Assembly: GCA_038046345.1 (NCBI GenBank)
Contig: JBBSWJ010000005.1
Coordinates: 1-64,000, forward strand
Direction of reading: 5' to 3'
DNA length: 64,000 nt
Origin: Nanobdellota archaeon
GTDB lineage: Archaea > Nanobdellota > Nanobdellia > SCGC-AAA011-G17 > JACPNG01
Part shown: in pieces, positions 20,238 through 29,989 of the stretch
Layout of the letters: the number at the start of each line of letters is the position of its first letter
Numbering within the stretch: the first letter of the stretch is position 1
The notes under the pieces: model-generated
What the model was told of the DNA's origin: nothing
The model's input: only the letters and a program-made list of their open reading frames with translations
Database searches by the model: none
Made by a program: the position numbers and the translations under genes

Positions 20238-21442
20238 GCTACAACCCAGTAGGCCAACGCGCAAGAGGAGAATATGAACGTAAACTAAAAGAAAGAGATG
20301 GAGATCTTGTAAAAAAAGGAATTGGAAGACTAATCAAAGTAGAAAACGGAAAACCAGTACCAGTAAGCATACCAATCTTATTTAATCCTAGAATAAGATA
20401 CGGACCAAGAACAAGAAAAGCAGGAGAAGAAGAAAGTTCTGAAAAAAAAGGAGGAAGAACTGGACCACCAAGACAAGGAGGAGGGCAAGGAAAGAAGGGG
20501 GACATAGTAAAAATAATTACTGGTAAGGATAAGGAAGGTAAAGGAGCAGGAGGAGAAGGTGGAGAAGATCCAGTTTATGAGACAATAACAAGGGAACGCA
20601 TAGCAAGATATGTAGAAGGTTTAGAACTAGAATTCTTAAAACCAGGCTCTATGCTTAAACGAGAAGGATGGACTTACGAAAATATATCAAAGAATGGACC
20701 ACCATCTTTACTTTCAACTAAACACACACTTGAAGAATCAATATTAAGACAAATAGTATTCAACCCTGATAAAGAACTCGTTATAGGAGACTTTACAGAA
20801 GGAGACTTACGTTTTAGACATCCAAAAGTAAAATACAAAAAAGACAGGGATGCAGTGCTAATACATGTTAGAGATATTTCGGGGTCCATCACCAAAGAAG
20901 AACTAGACATTGGTTATATAATCTCATATCTTACAAACCTATGGATTGAAAAATGTTACAAAGGAGTAAGAAATATTTATGTTTTACATAATGAAATAAG
21001 TTGGCAAGCAACAGAAAAACAATACTACAGTGTTAGATCAACAGGCGGAACAAATTTTACAAAAGCTTACGAACTTCTTCTTGCAATGCTTAATGGAAAG
21101 GACTACCAAAGAAAAGAAGGGCTAGAACAAGAAATACTAAACTCAGCTGAAAAAGATATTTATGTAATGAACATAACAGATGGAGAAGACGTAACACCAG
21201 AGAGAGCAGTAGAATTACTAGGAAATGTTATGCCGCACCTTACACGTTTTTGTTATCTTGAAACTGCTTCTAGTGGATGGATCTCAATATTAATAAATCC
21301 CAAGGGTCCATCAAAGTTTCAACAAGGATTAATAAAAAAATTTACTGCTGAAGAAAAAAGTGGAAAGATAAGAGTTTACAATATGAGTGATTTAGACCAA
21401 GTAGATGAAGCACTTAAAAAATTTTATGGTAAAAAAACATGA
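20234..21442 (+). CDS. yeaH: YeaH/YhbH (DUF444) vWA-domain protein
   Basis: PRIRYG; Gly-rich GQGKKGD/GAGGEGG segment; DLRFR; MIDAS DISGS...GGT...TDGE. Confidence 0.8.
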   Translation: MSYNPVGQRARGEYERKLKERDGDLVKKGIGRLIKVENGKPVPVSIPILFNPRIRYGPRTRKAGEEESSEKKGGRTGPPRQGGGQGKKGDIVKIITGKDKEGKGAGGEGGEDPVYETITRERIARYVEGLELEFLKPGSMLKREGWTYENISKNGPPSLLSTKHTLEESILRQIVFNPDKELVIGDFTEGDLRFRHPKVKYKKDRDAVLIHVRDISGSITKEELDIGYIISYLTNLWIEKCYKGVRNIYVLHNEISWQATEKQYYSVRSTGGTNFTKAYELLLAMLNGKDYQRKEGLEQEILNSAEKDIYVMNITDGEDVTPERAVELLGNVMPHLTRFCYLETASSGWISILINPKGPSKFQQGLIKKFTAEEKSGKIRVYNMSDLDQVDEALKKFYGKKT

Positions 21443-23052
21443 CAAAAGTATTAGTTGATAGAAATGGAGTAATAGACTCTAAACATACAGAACTATTCCA
21501 AAAAATTATAAACTATTGTGAAAAAAATTATAAACTAAGGTTAACAGATATAAGGGCACATATCCTCCCACTAGACCAACTTTCAGAAATGGTCGCAACA
21601 AGTGGATTTACTAGAGCACCACAAACATGGCAATTAATGCAAGAATATCTCAAAATTAAAAGACAAAAAGAATTAGGCAATATAACTATTTTTGAAATGG
21701 TATCTGCAGCGGGCGGTATTCTTACAAAAAAAAATGAAACACTAGACTATACTGATGTGTACATTTTTGACCAAGATACTAGCATAATAAAAAAACTTGT
21801 TATGGCTCACTCACTTGGACATGTTCACATGCTTACAAATAATGTCTTTAATATTCGAGCAAGAAAAAGGGCAGGATACTATTCACCGCAAACTGCAATG
21901 ATGGAACTAACAGACATGGTTGAAAGAATGTATGAAAACAAAGGAGGTGAAAGAACAACAAAATTAATTGACGCAATGGAAGTTATCTCAAGCATTGTAG
22001 CTGTAGGTGTTGATGACTTTTCAGAAATGGACAAAGTAATTGAGAAAGCAGAAGAAGAAAGAGTTCATGAAAGAAAATCAATATGGCAGGAAGCCGAAAC
22101 ACCGTTTGAAGACAAAATAAGAAGATTACTCCCTAAAAAAAACGCAGGTTTATTCCCGGACAGAAGAGTAAATAATATATTTTACATACTTGAAAAAACC
22201 CAAAGACTCGATGACGATGAAAAAGAATTGGTACATGCATATAGAATGATGTTTCAATATAAACATGGATTAATACCAGAAACAAAAATTACTCATGAAG
22301 GATTCTCAGCATTACTTGACTTAAGATTTGGGCAAGAATGCTCAGAAATTGTTCCAGACTGGGAAATGCGTGAGTACATAAAGCATAGAACAGAAGGTAT
22401 GGAACACATAAGAGAAATCAACCCATACGGGCTTGGATTTAAATTACTACATGACATAATGATGAGGCAAGCACAAGGAGAATATGGCCAAGAATATGAA
22501 AGTATAACGAAAGGGTATGAACGATTAAAAGCACTAAAAAAACCTGATAAAGAAAAAGGATGGGAAAAAGTTTTAGAAGTTGTTGAATCATGCAATGATT
22601 ATAATTTAATAAGTCAACACTTTGATGAACGACATTTCAGAACTTATGCAAGAGATTTATATGCAAGCCAAGTTGAAGAATGGGAATCATGGTTTCAAGG
22701 AAGATTATACGTTGAACAAATAATCAGCAAAGAATTTGAAGACGTAAAAAACGCGCTATTATTTCATCAAGTAAACAATGGAAGACCATTATTTTATGTA
22801 CCCCTAGGCGGGGCAAACTTTATAGGAGTTGGGCAAATACTTATCCACCATGAAATAGACCCACTAATAAAGCAGTTTAGTTTAGAAAGAAAAGTATTAA
22901 CACTTGATGTAGAGAGTGTTGAAGCTGTATTAAAAGCAATAGTAGTTTTCACAAAAAGACCAGTACACCTAAAAACAGTTGATGAAGATGGGAAAGATAT
23001 TTATATTACCTATAACGGTATAAAGTTTAGTGAAACAGAATTAAAGAGGTAA
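21439..23052 (+). CDS. spoVR: SpoVR/YcgB family protein
   Basis: IFEMV; KLVMAHSLGHVH; TKITHEGFSA; NPYGLGF; CNDYNLI. Confidence 0.8.
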   Translation: MTKVLVDRNGVIDSKHTELFQKIINYCEKNYKLRLTDIRAHILPLDQLSEMVATSGFTRAPQTWQLMQEYLKIKRQKELGNITIFEMVSAAGGILTKKNETLDYTDVYIFDQDTSIIKKLVMAHSLGHVHMLTNNVFNIRARKRAGYYSPQTAMMELTDMVERMYENKGGERTTKLIDAMEVISSIVAVGVDDFSEMDKVIEKAEEERVHERKSIWQEAETPFEDKIRRLLPKKNAGLFPDRRVNNIFYILEKTQRLDDDEKELVHAYRMMFQYKHGLIPETKITHEGFSALLDLRFGQECSEIVPDWEMREYIKHRTEGMEHIREINPYGLGFKLLHDIMMRQAQGEYGQEYESITKGYERLKALKKPDKEKGWEKVLEVVESCNDYNLISQHFDERHFRTYARDLYASQVEEWESWFQGRLYVEQIISKEFEDVKNALLFHQVNNGRPLFYVPLGGANFIGVGQILIHHEIDPLIKQFSLERKVLTLDVESVEAVLKAIVVFTKRPVHLKTVDEDGKDIYITYNGIKFSETELKR

Positions 23053-23054
23053 AG

Positions 23055-23546
23055 ATGGAAGAAAAAATAAAAATAACAAGTGTCAGGCTTGAGCAAGTAA
23101 AATTAGAAGGAATTTTAGAAAAAAGTCAGATTAAAAGTGTAGGCGAGGTATTAAAAGATTTTGATGAGAAGTATTTAGGGAGAAGTGAGATAGATGGTGC
23201 CCCCGTGAATCTACAAGGGATAGCAGAATATTTAATGAGAATAGGAGAAACAGAAGACAACACTGCAAGACAATGTTATGGACTGGAACCTTTTAATGTA
23301 GATACAGAAACAATTAAATGTTTAGGAATAAGAAGAGTACAAAAAAGTGACGAAATGGGAATGCTTAAAGAAGGCGAAGAACACCCACCATGGCACGATC
23401 CTGATAGAGTAGTACTCTGTTGTTTAAGACAACAAGATCAAAAATTATATTTTGGTATTTTTGGATTACGTAAAAAAAAAGTAGAAGATTTACAAGATAT
23501 TGGAATAATAACTTACGAAGAATATCTAGAACCTCCCTCAACATAA
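23055..23546 (+). CDS. hypothetical protein, last gene of the prkA operon
   Basis: Starts 2 nt after spoVR; GAGG SD-like sequence upstream. Confidence 0.6.
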   Translation: MEEKIKITSVRLEQVKLEGILEKSQIKSVGEVLKDFDEKYLGRSEIDGAPVNLQGIAEYLMRIGETEDNTARQCYGLEPFNVDTETIKCLGIRRVQKSDEMGMLKEGEEHPPWHDPDRVVLCCLRQQDQKLYFGIFGLRKKKVEDLQDIGIITYEEYLEPPST

Positions 23547-24037
23547 GTTCCTTTAGACTCTAAAATAATATCCTGATTATTTGGGATACAAACAAAAGAA
23601 GTAGAACCATTCAAGTTTTCAACAAGAAAAAAAGTATTACTCTTAAAAGAATCAGAAGGAATAAAAATAACATTTTTACTAAGGTCTGCCCTTAACATGG
23701 ATCTATCTCTTGCGTCAATAAAGCTTGGGAAATCAGTAACTTCACCAGAACGAATACATACATGGGTTATACGTTTTGGGAGAGAGACTTTAAAAAAATC
23801 TGTGGATCCTGTATCTAAAAAAAACATTTCGCTAACTTTATCATTAAAATTTTGCTCCCATTTAGCTAAAGCAATATCTTCAGATGAGTCTAATAATCTA
23901 GGAATATAGATATAACCAAAGGCTATTGCAATGAGGCCAATAATAATAGCCATAATAAAAACAAAAGATAGTTCTATCTGCCCTCTTTTTTTCATGGTAT
24001 AAATAAGTTTGGATTGTTTAAATAAATTACTGCTCAA
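23513..24037 (-). CDS. class III signal peptide (pilin-like) protein
   Basis: MKKRGQ/IELSF followed by a hydrophobic helix; true start probably MKKRGQ. Confidence 0.6.
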   Translation of the reverse strand: MSSNLFKQSKLIYTMKKRGQIELSFVFIMAIIIGLIAIAFGYIYIPRLLDSSEDIALAKWEQNFNDKVSEMFFLDTGSTDFFKVSLPKRITHVCIRSGEVTDFPSFIDARDRSMLRADLSKNVIFIPSDSFKSNTFFLVENLNGSTSFVCIPNNQDIILESKGTYVEGGSRYSS

Positions 24038-24070
24038 ATATAATCTGCTAAGCCCATTATCACCGCCACC

Positions 24071-24084
24071 GAAGCGTTTATAAA
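24071..24084 (+). promoter_or_regulatory. BRE-TATA of secE-spt5
   Basis: GAAGCG-TTTATAAA, 26 nt before ATG 24111. Confidence 0.55.
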
Positions 24085-24110
24085 TTGTATAATTGTAAGA
24101 ATAAACAAAA

Positions 24111-24290
24111 ATGGGTAGTATAATCCAAAAATTAAATAGTTTCCTCGTACAATCAAAACGTGTATATCAGGTTACTAAAAAACCTAATAAGCATGAGTTT
24201 AAGATGATAGTAAAGGTAACTGGGCTGGGCGCAGCTATTATAGGAGTAATTGGGTTTATAATAACAATTGCAGGACAATTTATAATATAA
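24111..24290 (+). CDS. secE: preprotein translocase SecE/Sec61-gamma (59 aa)
   Basis: KRVYQVTKKPNKHEFKMIVKVTGLGAAIIGVIGFII; upstream of spt5; missing from the ORF track. Confidence 0.92.
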   Translation: MGSIIQKLNSFLVQSKRVYQVTKKPNKHEFKMIVKVTGLGAAIIGVIGFIITIAGQFII

Positions 24291-24292
24291 CA

Positions 24293-24763
24293 ATGGAATC
24301 ACAGATTTTTGCATTGAAGACAACTGCTAACAGGGAAGATCAAGTTTTAGAGTTTATTAGCGGTAATGTTCAAAAGAAGAAAATGAATGTCTATGCTGTT
24401 ATAAGACCGCATGGATTAAGGGGCTATATCTTCTTAGAAGCTGAAAACAGGCAAGAAGCAGAGGATTCAATAAAGGGAGTGCCATACTCAAGAGGTTTAT
24501 TACGTAAACTTGTTAGTTATGACGATATAAAACATATGCTTGAACAAGGAATACAAGAATTAAACATACAAAAAGGTGATATTGTAGAGATAATCAGTGG
24601 TTCATTTAAGCGGGATAAAGCTAAAAAAACAAGAATTGATAAGCAAAAGGAAGAGGTTGTAGTAGAAATTCTAGAAGCTGCAGTACCAATTCCAATAACT
24701 GTAAAAATTGATGCAGTAAGAGTAATAAGAAGAGAAACTGATCAAGAAGAAGAAACAGAATAA
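24293..24763 (+). CDS. spt5: transcription elongation factor Spt5/NusG
   Basis: NGN domain (LRGYIFLEA) plus KOW domain (KGDIVEIISGSFK; AVPIPITV). Confidence 0.96.
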   Translation: MESQIFALKTTANREDQVLEFISGNVQKKKMNVYAVIRPHGLRGYIFLEAENRQEAEDSIKGVPYSRGLLRKLVSYDDIKHMLEQGIQELNIQKGDIVEIISGSFKRDKAKKTRIDKQKEEVVVEILEAAVPIPITVKIDAVRVIRRETDQEEETE

Positions 24764-24765
24764 GG

Positions 24766-25170
24766 TTATTTAATTACACTTATACTAAATGGGGGCACAA
24801 ACCTTAAAGTCTGTTCCTGTTCATCAAAATAACATTCAGCAGTATTACCCTCAAGATTAGGAATGTATGTACATGGATCAAACGAATCAAGCCTAAGTCG
24901 TTTCTCTAATTCTTGATATACCTCCGATAACTCGTCATCACATTTATCTAGTTTATAGGTTGTACACGCTAGTCTTAGTTGATCATCAGCAAGGTAAAAA
25001 CGTTTTTCTTCTGTAAGCTCCAACGCATTTATACATGCCATTCCTGATTGTAATTCAATAATGTAATTAAATCGCTCTGCACATGTAGGTTTTATCTTAT
25101 CAGCCTCTGGTTTTTGCAAAAATAACAATAAAGCTAAACCAATAGATCCAGCAAAATTAATGATACCCAC
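24766..25170 (-). CDS. hypothetical secreted Cys-containing protein
   Basis: Signal-like N-terminus, six Cys; no family recognised. Confidence 0.5.
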   Translation of the reverse strand: MGIINFAGSIGLALLLFLQKPEADKIKPTCAERFNYIIELQSGMACINALELTEEKRFYLADDQLRLACTTYKLDKCDDELSEVYQELEKRLRLDSFDPCTYIPNLEGNTAECYFDEQEQTLRFVPPFSISVIK

Positions 25171-25222
25171 TGCATCTTAAGTGTGCATAATCTATATAAG
25201 CTTATTGATAACTCTCTTATTT

Positions 25223-25690
25223 ATGACTTTATCTGAAGGGGTTAGAGCTCCTAACTTTTTATTAAAAAACCAACATGGAGAGGATGTATCTAAAGATCAT
25301 TTTAAGGGTAAGTGGGTTGTGCTTTATTTTTATCCAAAAGACAATACTCCTGGATGTTCAATGGAAGCAAATAATTTTACATCTAAACTTAATAAGTTTA
25401 AGAAACTAAATGCAGTAATACTAGGCGTAAGTCCAGACTCATGTAAAAGCCATCTAAAATTCATAAAAGATGAGAAGCTAAAAATAATTTTATTAAGCGA
25501 TGAAGATAAGTCTACATTGTCTGCATACGGTGTTTGGCAGGAAAAAAGTATGTATGGAAGAAAATATATGGGCGTAGTTAGAACAACCTTTTTAATAAAT
25601 CCAGCAGGGATGATCAATAAGATATGGACAGATGTAAAAGTAAATGGTCATGTAGAAGCAGTATTAAAGTATATCAAGGACGCAAACTAA
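25223..25690 (+). CDS. bcp: peroxiredoxin Bcp
   Basis: YFYPKDNTPGC; GVSPDS; GVVRTTFLI; ATG 25223 preferred. Confidence 0.95.
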   Translation: MTLSEGVRAPNFLLKNQHGEDVSKDHFKGKWVVLYFYPKDNTPGCSMEANNFTSKLNKFKKLNAVILGVSPDSCKSHLKFIKDEKLKIILLSDEDKSTLSAYGVWQEKSMYGRKYMGVVRTTFLINPAGMINKIWTDVKVNGHVEAVLKYIKDAN

Positions 25691-26660
25691 GCTTTAGTGG
25701 AATAATCATAGTAGTTTCATTTCTTTTAATAGTAATGTTTATATCTGTTCCTGGGCTGATCCAAGCAACATGGTTTCTTAGTTCATTACTAGAAGTAATA
25801 GTCTTATTGTCTATAGCAATGATTAAATCACCCTGTTTAATTCCAGCGCCTAAAGCTGGGCCGGTATCATCAAATCCTGTAACCAGTGATCCTTCAATAA
25901 AAACACCATTGCCTTTATCATCAAACTTGATAAGATCCTCGACAATAACACCAATGTAGCCACGATCAACTTTCCCATCATTTGTGAGAGTTAAAAAAAT
26001 TTTTTTTACCAAATTACTAGGTATTGCAAAGCCCAACTCGCCAGCATTTTCTTCGGAAATAATAAAAGTATTAATCCCAATAACTTTGCTATTCAGGTCT
26101 AACAAAGGCCCACCAGAATTACCGGGGTTAATTGAAGCATCAGTTTGGATAAAGTCTCTATAAACTGTTGGCCCGCGATCACGATGTACTGCGCTGATAA
26201 TCCCGGATGTAACAGTAAAGTCTAAACCAAATGGGTTTCCTATAGCTACAACTTCTGATCCAACTTTAGCGTTATCAGAATCTGCCAGTTCTAAGAAATC
26301 TAAGTTGTCAACGTTTATCTTTAAAACAGCAATGTCAGTGCTTTTATCAACTCCAACATTCTCGGCTACATAGATATTTTTGTTATGTAATCTAACAGTA
26401 ATATTATCTGTGTCGTCAACAACATGATAGTTAGTTATTATATAACCGTCACTAGCAACAATAACTCCTGATCCAGTTTTTTCATCAGCGCGTATAAACA
26501 CAACAGAAGAAGTAGCTTTTTCAGCAACGTCTTCAATATTATTTATTGTTAAAACTTCTCCATAGTTATTCTGATAAAATAAAAATATAGATGCTAACTG
26601 AATGATTATTAGTATAATAATCACAGTCCAAAGAATCTTTATCTGGTCTCGCCTAAGCAT
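25674..26660 (-). CDS. htrA: HtrA/DegP-like serine protease (TM-protease-PDZ)
   Basis: TNYHVV, DIAVLKI and TDASINPGNSGGPL catalytic triad; one PDZ domain. Confidence 0.95.
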   Translation of the reverse strand: MLRRDQIKILWTVIIILIIIQLASIFLFYQNNYGEVLTINNIEDVAEKATSSVVFIRADEKTGSGVIVASDGYIITNYHVVDDTDNITVRLHNKNIYVAENVGVDKSTDIAVLKINVDNLDFLELADSDNAKVGSEVVAIGNPFGLDFTVTSGIISAVHRDRGPTVYRDFIQTDASINPGNSGGPLLDLNSKVIGINTFIISEENAGELGFAIPSNLVKKIFLTLTNDGKVDRGYIGVIVEDLIKFDDKGNGVFIEGSLVTGFDDTGPALGAGIKQGDLIIAIDNKTITSSNELRNHVAWISPGTDINITIKRNETTMIIPLKLSLRP

Positions 26661-26692
26661 AGCTGAACCACGTAATATTGCTTATATAAAGC

Positions 26693-27472
26693 TTATCTTA
26701 CCCCAAATAATCTTAAGATCTTACTAAAATAATCTGGTTTAATAGGCGCACGTTCATCTATGTATGGTGCACCGCATAATTCAGAAGCAAGTTTTTTATA
26801 TGAGACCGACGCATCAGATGTAGGGTGGGTATAAATAACATTATCTCGTAGGGCAAGACTCTCTTTAATCTCTATTGACTCAGGTATAATTGCTATAACC
26901 TTATGTTCTAACAAAGCTTCAATGTTCTCAATTGGGATTTCATCATTAGAATTACGATATCTTGTAACAACCACACCAAGAATTTTTTTACCCATGTCTT
27001 CAGCAACACGAATAGTTTTTAATGCATCAGCTATTGCAGGCATTTCAGGATTTGTAGTAATAATAATCTCATCACTTGCATCTATGGCTAATAATGCTTC
27101 TTTACCAAGCCCTGCAGCGCAGTCAATAATAACAAAATCAGTAAGCCCCTTTAAGCCACGTATTACCTGCTTAAGCCTGTCAGGTTTTGTATTCTTCATG
27201 TCATCAAGAGATATACTTGCGGGAACTATTTTAGTACCAGTAGGATGTATATAGACGGCTTCAGAGATATGATTCTTACCTTGTAATACATGGTTTAAAT
27301 TGATTGGAACAACCGGGCTGCCGAGATAAATCCCTACATTGGGGGTAGTAAGGTTTGCATCCACAACAGTTACATCTTTACCAAAAAAGTTCAAAGCACA
27401 ACCAAGAGACACAGCAGTAGTAGTCTTTGCCACACCGCCTTTACCACCAGTAATAAGGATATAACGAGTCAT
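26693..27472 (-). CDS. minD: archaeal MinD-family ATPase
   Basis: GGKGGVAKTT; DANLTTPN; IDCAAGLG. Confidence 0.9.
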   Translation of the reverse strand: MTRYILITGGKGGVAKTTTAVSLGCALNFFGKDVTVVDANLTTPNVGIYLGSPVVPINLNHVLQGKNHISEAVYIHPTGTKIVPASISLDDMKNTKPDRLKQVIRGLKGLTDFVIIDCAAGLGKEALLAIDASDEIIITTNPEMPAIADALKTIRVAEDMGKKILGVVVTRYRNSNDEIPIENIEALLEHKVIAIIPESIEIKESLALRDNVIYTHPTSDASVSYKKLASELCGAPYIDERAPIKPDYFSKILRLFGVR

Positions 27473-27506
27473 AACTATGAATTGCCCACCAAACTTTTAA
27501 ATGTTT

Positions 27507-27983
27507 CTATGTATCTTCTTCCTTCCAGGCCATACCACCGTTCTTATCAATCCATTCACGAGAAAATTGGTAGAACTCTTTTGTTGAAACAAAATAAGAC
27601 ATCAGTTTCTCTTGATTGACTTCTACTTTTTCTGCGATTAGGGTAACATTTTTACGGTATTCTTCGCGGCCTTTGATTTTATTTTTCACAATCTTCCTCA
27701 TTAATAAGTACAATTTAACCCACTCCTTGATTTTTTTATTGTTTTTAAATAATTTTTTTTCAATGATCTCAATTCTCTCAACATGGCTTTGCGGGATTAT
27801 ATTTATCATTTTTTTTCTTTTAGCTATTTCTAAAATATCCAAAAAGATATAATCCATTGCTTCAATAAGACGTGATAGGGTATTATTAATAACATCAATT
27901 GTACGAGTGTACTTTAATGTAACATAAATCAGATGGTCCACACGTTGTAATTGTCCTTTTGCTGTGTCACTGTCTTCTAACAT
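27507..27983 (-). CDS. hypothetical helical protein (HEPN-like?), paralog A
   Basis: VDHLIYVT motif shared with its neighbour. Confidence 0.6.
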   Translation of the reverse strand: MLEDSDTAKGQLQRVDHLIYVTLKYTRTIDVINNTLSRLIEAMDYIFLDILEIAKRKKMINIIPQSHVERIEIIEKKLFKNNKKIKEWVKLYLLMRKIVKNKIKGREEYRKNVTLIAEKVEVNQEKLMSYFVSTKEFYQFSREWIDKNGGMAWKEEDT

Positions 27984-28446
27984 CGATGAATACCTTGTTA
28001 ACCTTGCTCATGAATATTTTAGCTTGGTTGATATACTTTTTAATTGTTTCGATGGATAGGGCATTTGCCTTGAATGAAACATTAAACATAATAAACTTAT
28101 CATCGCGGGATAATTCGAATGGGCTATTCTTATGTTCTGCTAATACACATCGAAGTTCTTCAATCAGATTAATTTGTGAAACATCAAACTTATAACGTGG
28201 GCCGGACTTAAGTCTAAACAGCTCAATACGTGTGTGTATATCCTTAGAATAAATCGGAATACGTTTGTACATGCGATCGTATCGTAAAATAGCGTCCATA
28301 CCAGCTACTAAAGAGTCATAGATATTCTCCATTATGCCTATTAACAATTTATTTTCCTTAACCAAGTTGTAAGTAACATATGTTAAATGATCGGCAGTTT
28401 GGAGCTTTCTATTAGCTAATTCAAGGAGTGCTTTGATTTCTTCCAT
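27967..28446 (-). CDS. hypothetical helical protein (HEPN-like?), paralog B
   Basis: ADHLTYVT motif; HKNSPFE. Confidence 0.6.
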   Translation of the reverse strand: MEEIKALLELANRKLQTADHLTYVTYNLVKENKLLIGIMENIYDSLVAGMDAILRYDRMYKRIPIYSKDIHTRIELFRLKSGPRYKFDVSQINLIEELRCVLAEHKNSPFELSRDDKFIMFNVSFKANALSIETIKKYINQAKIFMSKVNKVFIDVRRQ

Positions 28447-28486
28447 TTGTTTATTAAATAATAAAGCTTAATAAGTATTATTGTAA

Positions 28487-28819
28487 TCAATTATTTTTTT
28501 GTAAGTATAGGATTGCTCCAGCAATATCCCCTTCTTTTTCTAAAGCTTCTTTGGCTTCTTCTTCAGAACAGTTAGTTTGATCCATAATTGTATTTATATC
28601 TTCTTGTGAGAACAGCTCCCTATCATGAACTTCAATGTCTCCTATTATCTGGAATGTATCTTGCCCCATCATATTAACTTTTGTAACTTGCGGGTTTAAG
28701 ATAACTATTTCTTTGTCAGAAGTTTTAATGATTACTTCTTTTGCATCAATTTCTTCTTGTTTAATGCCTAGCTTCTTCATTGCTTTTTGCATTTCTTTAG
28801 GATTTATTCCAGGAAACAT
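28487..28819 (-). CDS. nac: nascent polypeptide-associated complex protein
   Basis: MFPGINPKEMQKAMKKLGI...GDIAGAI (NAC plus UBA domains). Confidence 0.95.
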   Translation of the reverse strand: MFPGINPKEMQKAMKKLGIKQEEIDAKEVIIKTSDKEIVILNPQVTKVNMMGQDTFQIIGDIEVHDRELFSQEDINTIMDQTNCSEEEAKEALEKEGDIAGAILYLQKNN

Positions 28820-28962
28820 GCAAGTTAGAAAAATATCAAATATATAAAATTTCGCATTTTATGATAAATTCCGGTATAAGCGTAGTTTTATTACGCTTAA
28901 TACATGTTAATTGCAATTTGAGAGCCCAAGCAAAACGGGGTACCAGCAGTGCAATATCCACT

Positions 28963-29832
28963 TTATATTTGAAGGTTAAAAGGATGTTCAATTTCCTTTA
29001 TTCCAATGCAATAATCAGAGAGACCACAATACAAATTAGAATGTTCATCTATGCCCCCTGGAAAAATGATGTCGTCTAATTCAGGACTTCTTTTTGAAGG
29101 CGAATATGGGAAATCGGCTCTTCTTGCCAGAATTCTTAAATCTGAATAAACACTAGTTTTCGGATTAAATCTAAAAGAGACAGCATAATAATGCTTTTTC
29201 AAATCCACTTCAGTTGTTGTTTTATGAGCCTTATGTCCAATCACTCCAATTTCTTCATCTGATAGTTTTATCGCTTGATTTACACCTCCCCAAGAACCAT
29301 CCTCAAACAAACCATTGATTATATTGACATTATACCAATCATTTTCTGTGAATCTTTGTAGCTCATCAATTCTACTAATTTCTAAGTATCCAATTTTACA
29401 TAATCCGCTAATTTTTTCTTGCGGCCTTGTAAAAACTCCAATTCTATCTTCCAAATCAACTAAACGAATATCTTTCATCCCTACAGGGCCAGATGCAAAA
29501 AATTCCAAATTCCTAATTGAGTCTCCCCTATAAATATCTTGATTCCATATAATACCGTTTTCACATTTCTCGACTCTTACACCCAAAATAAATATTTCAC
29601 CTTTCACTTTAACATATGCAGGATCCTGTAATTGAAGTGGGGTTACTGTATCATCAATCTCCCATTCATTCTCATTTAATTTATATGCAAAAAATATTCT
29701 GGAATCTAATTCGCTATCAAGAGATTCAATTCTAATCCCTATATAGGTTTTTCCACTATCACAAAAAGGAACTGTGGGATTATAAGCAGTTTTTCCTTTT
29801 ATGTTTCTGATTGGTACAATTTTGGATTTCAT
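28963..29832 (-). CDS. DUF1861 family five-bladed beta-propeller (GT108/MTP-like mannoside phosphorylase)
   Basis: AYNPTVPF; LQDP; GPVGMKDIRLV; GVFTRPQ; WGGVNQ; GVIGH; YYAVSF; IFPGG. Confidence 0.8.
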   Translation of the reverse strand: MKSKIVPIRNIKGKTAYNPTVPFCDSGKTYIGIRIESLDSELDSRIFFAYKLNENEWEIDDTVTPLQLQDPAYVKVKGEIFILGVRVEKCENGIIWNQDIYRGDSIRNLEFFASGPVGMKDIRLVDLEDRIGVFTRPQEKISGLCKIGYLEISRIDELQRFTENDWYNVNIINGLFEDGSWGGVNQAIKLSDEEIGVIGHKAHKTTTEVDLKKHYYAVSFRFNPKTSVYSDLRILARRADFPYSPSKRSPELDDIIFPGGIDEHSNLYCGLSDYCIGIKEIEHPFNLQI

Positions 29833-29989
29833 TCTTACCTTATATTCAGAGATTAGAGGATATTTATAATGTTTTATTTTATAATTACTAACAAATTAAT
29901 AATTGAAAAATGAGCTGGCCCCCCTAAAATATAGCCTGCTTCGCAGATTATTGATAATCTTTATATAATGTATTTTCTTTTCAATAGGT

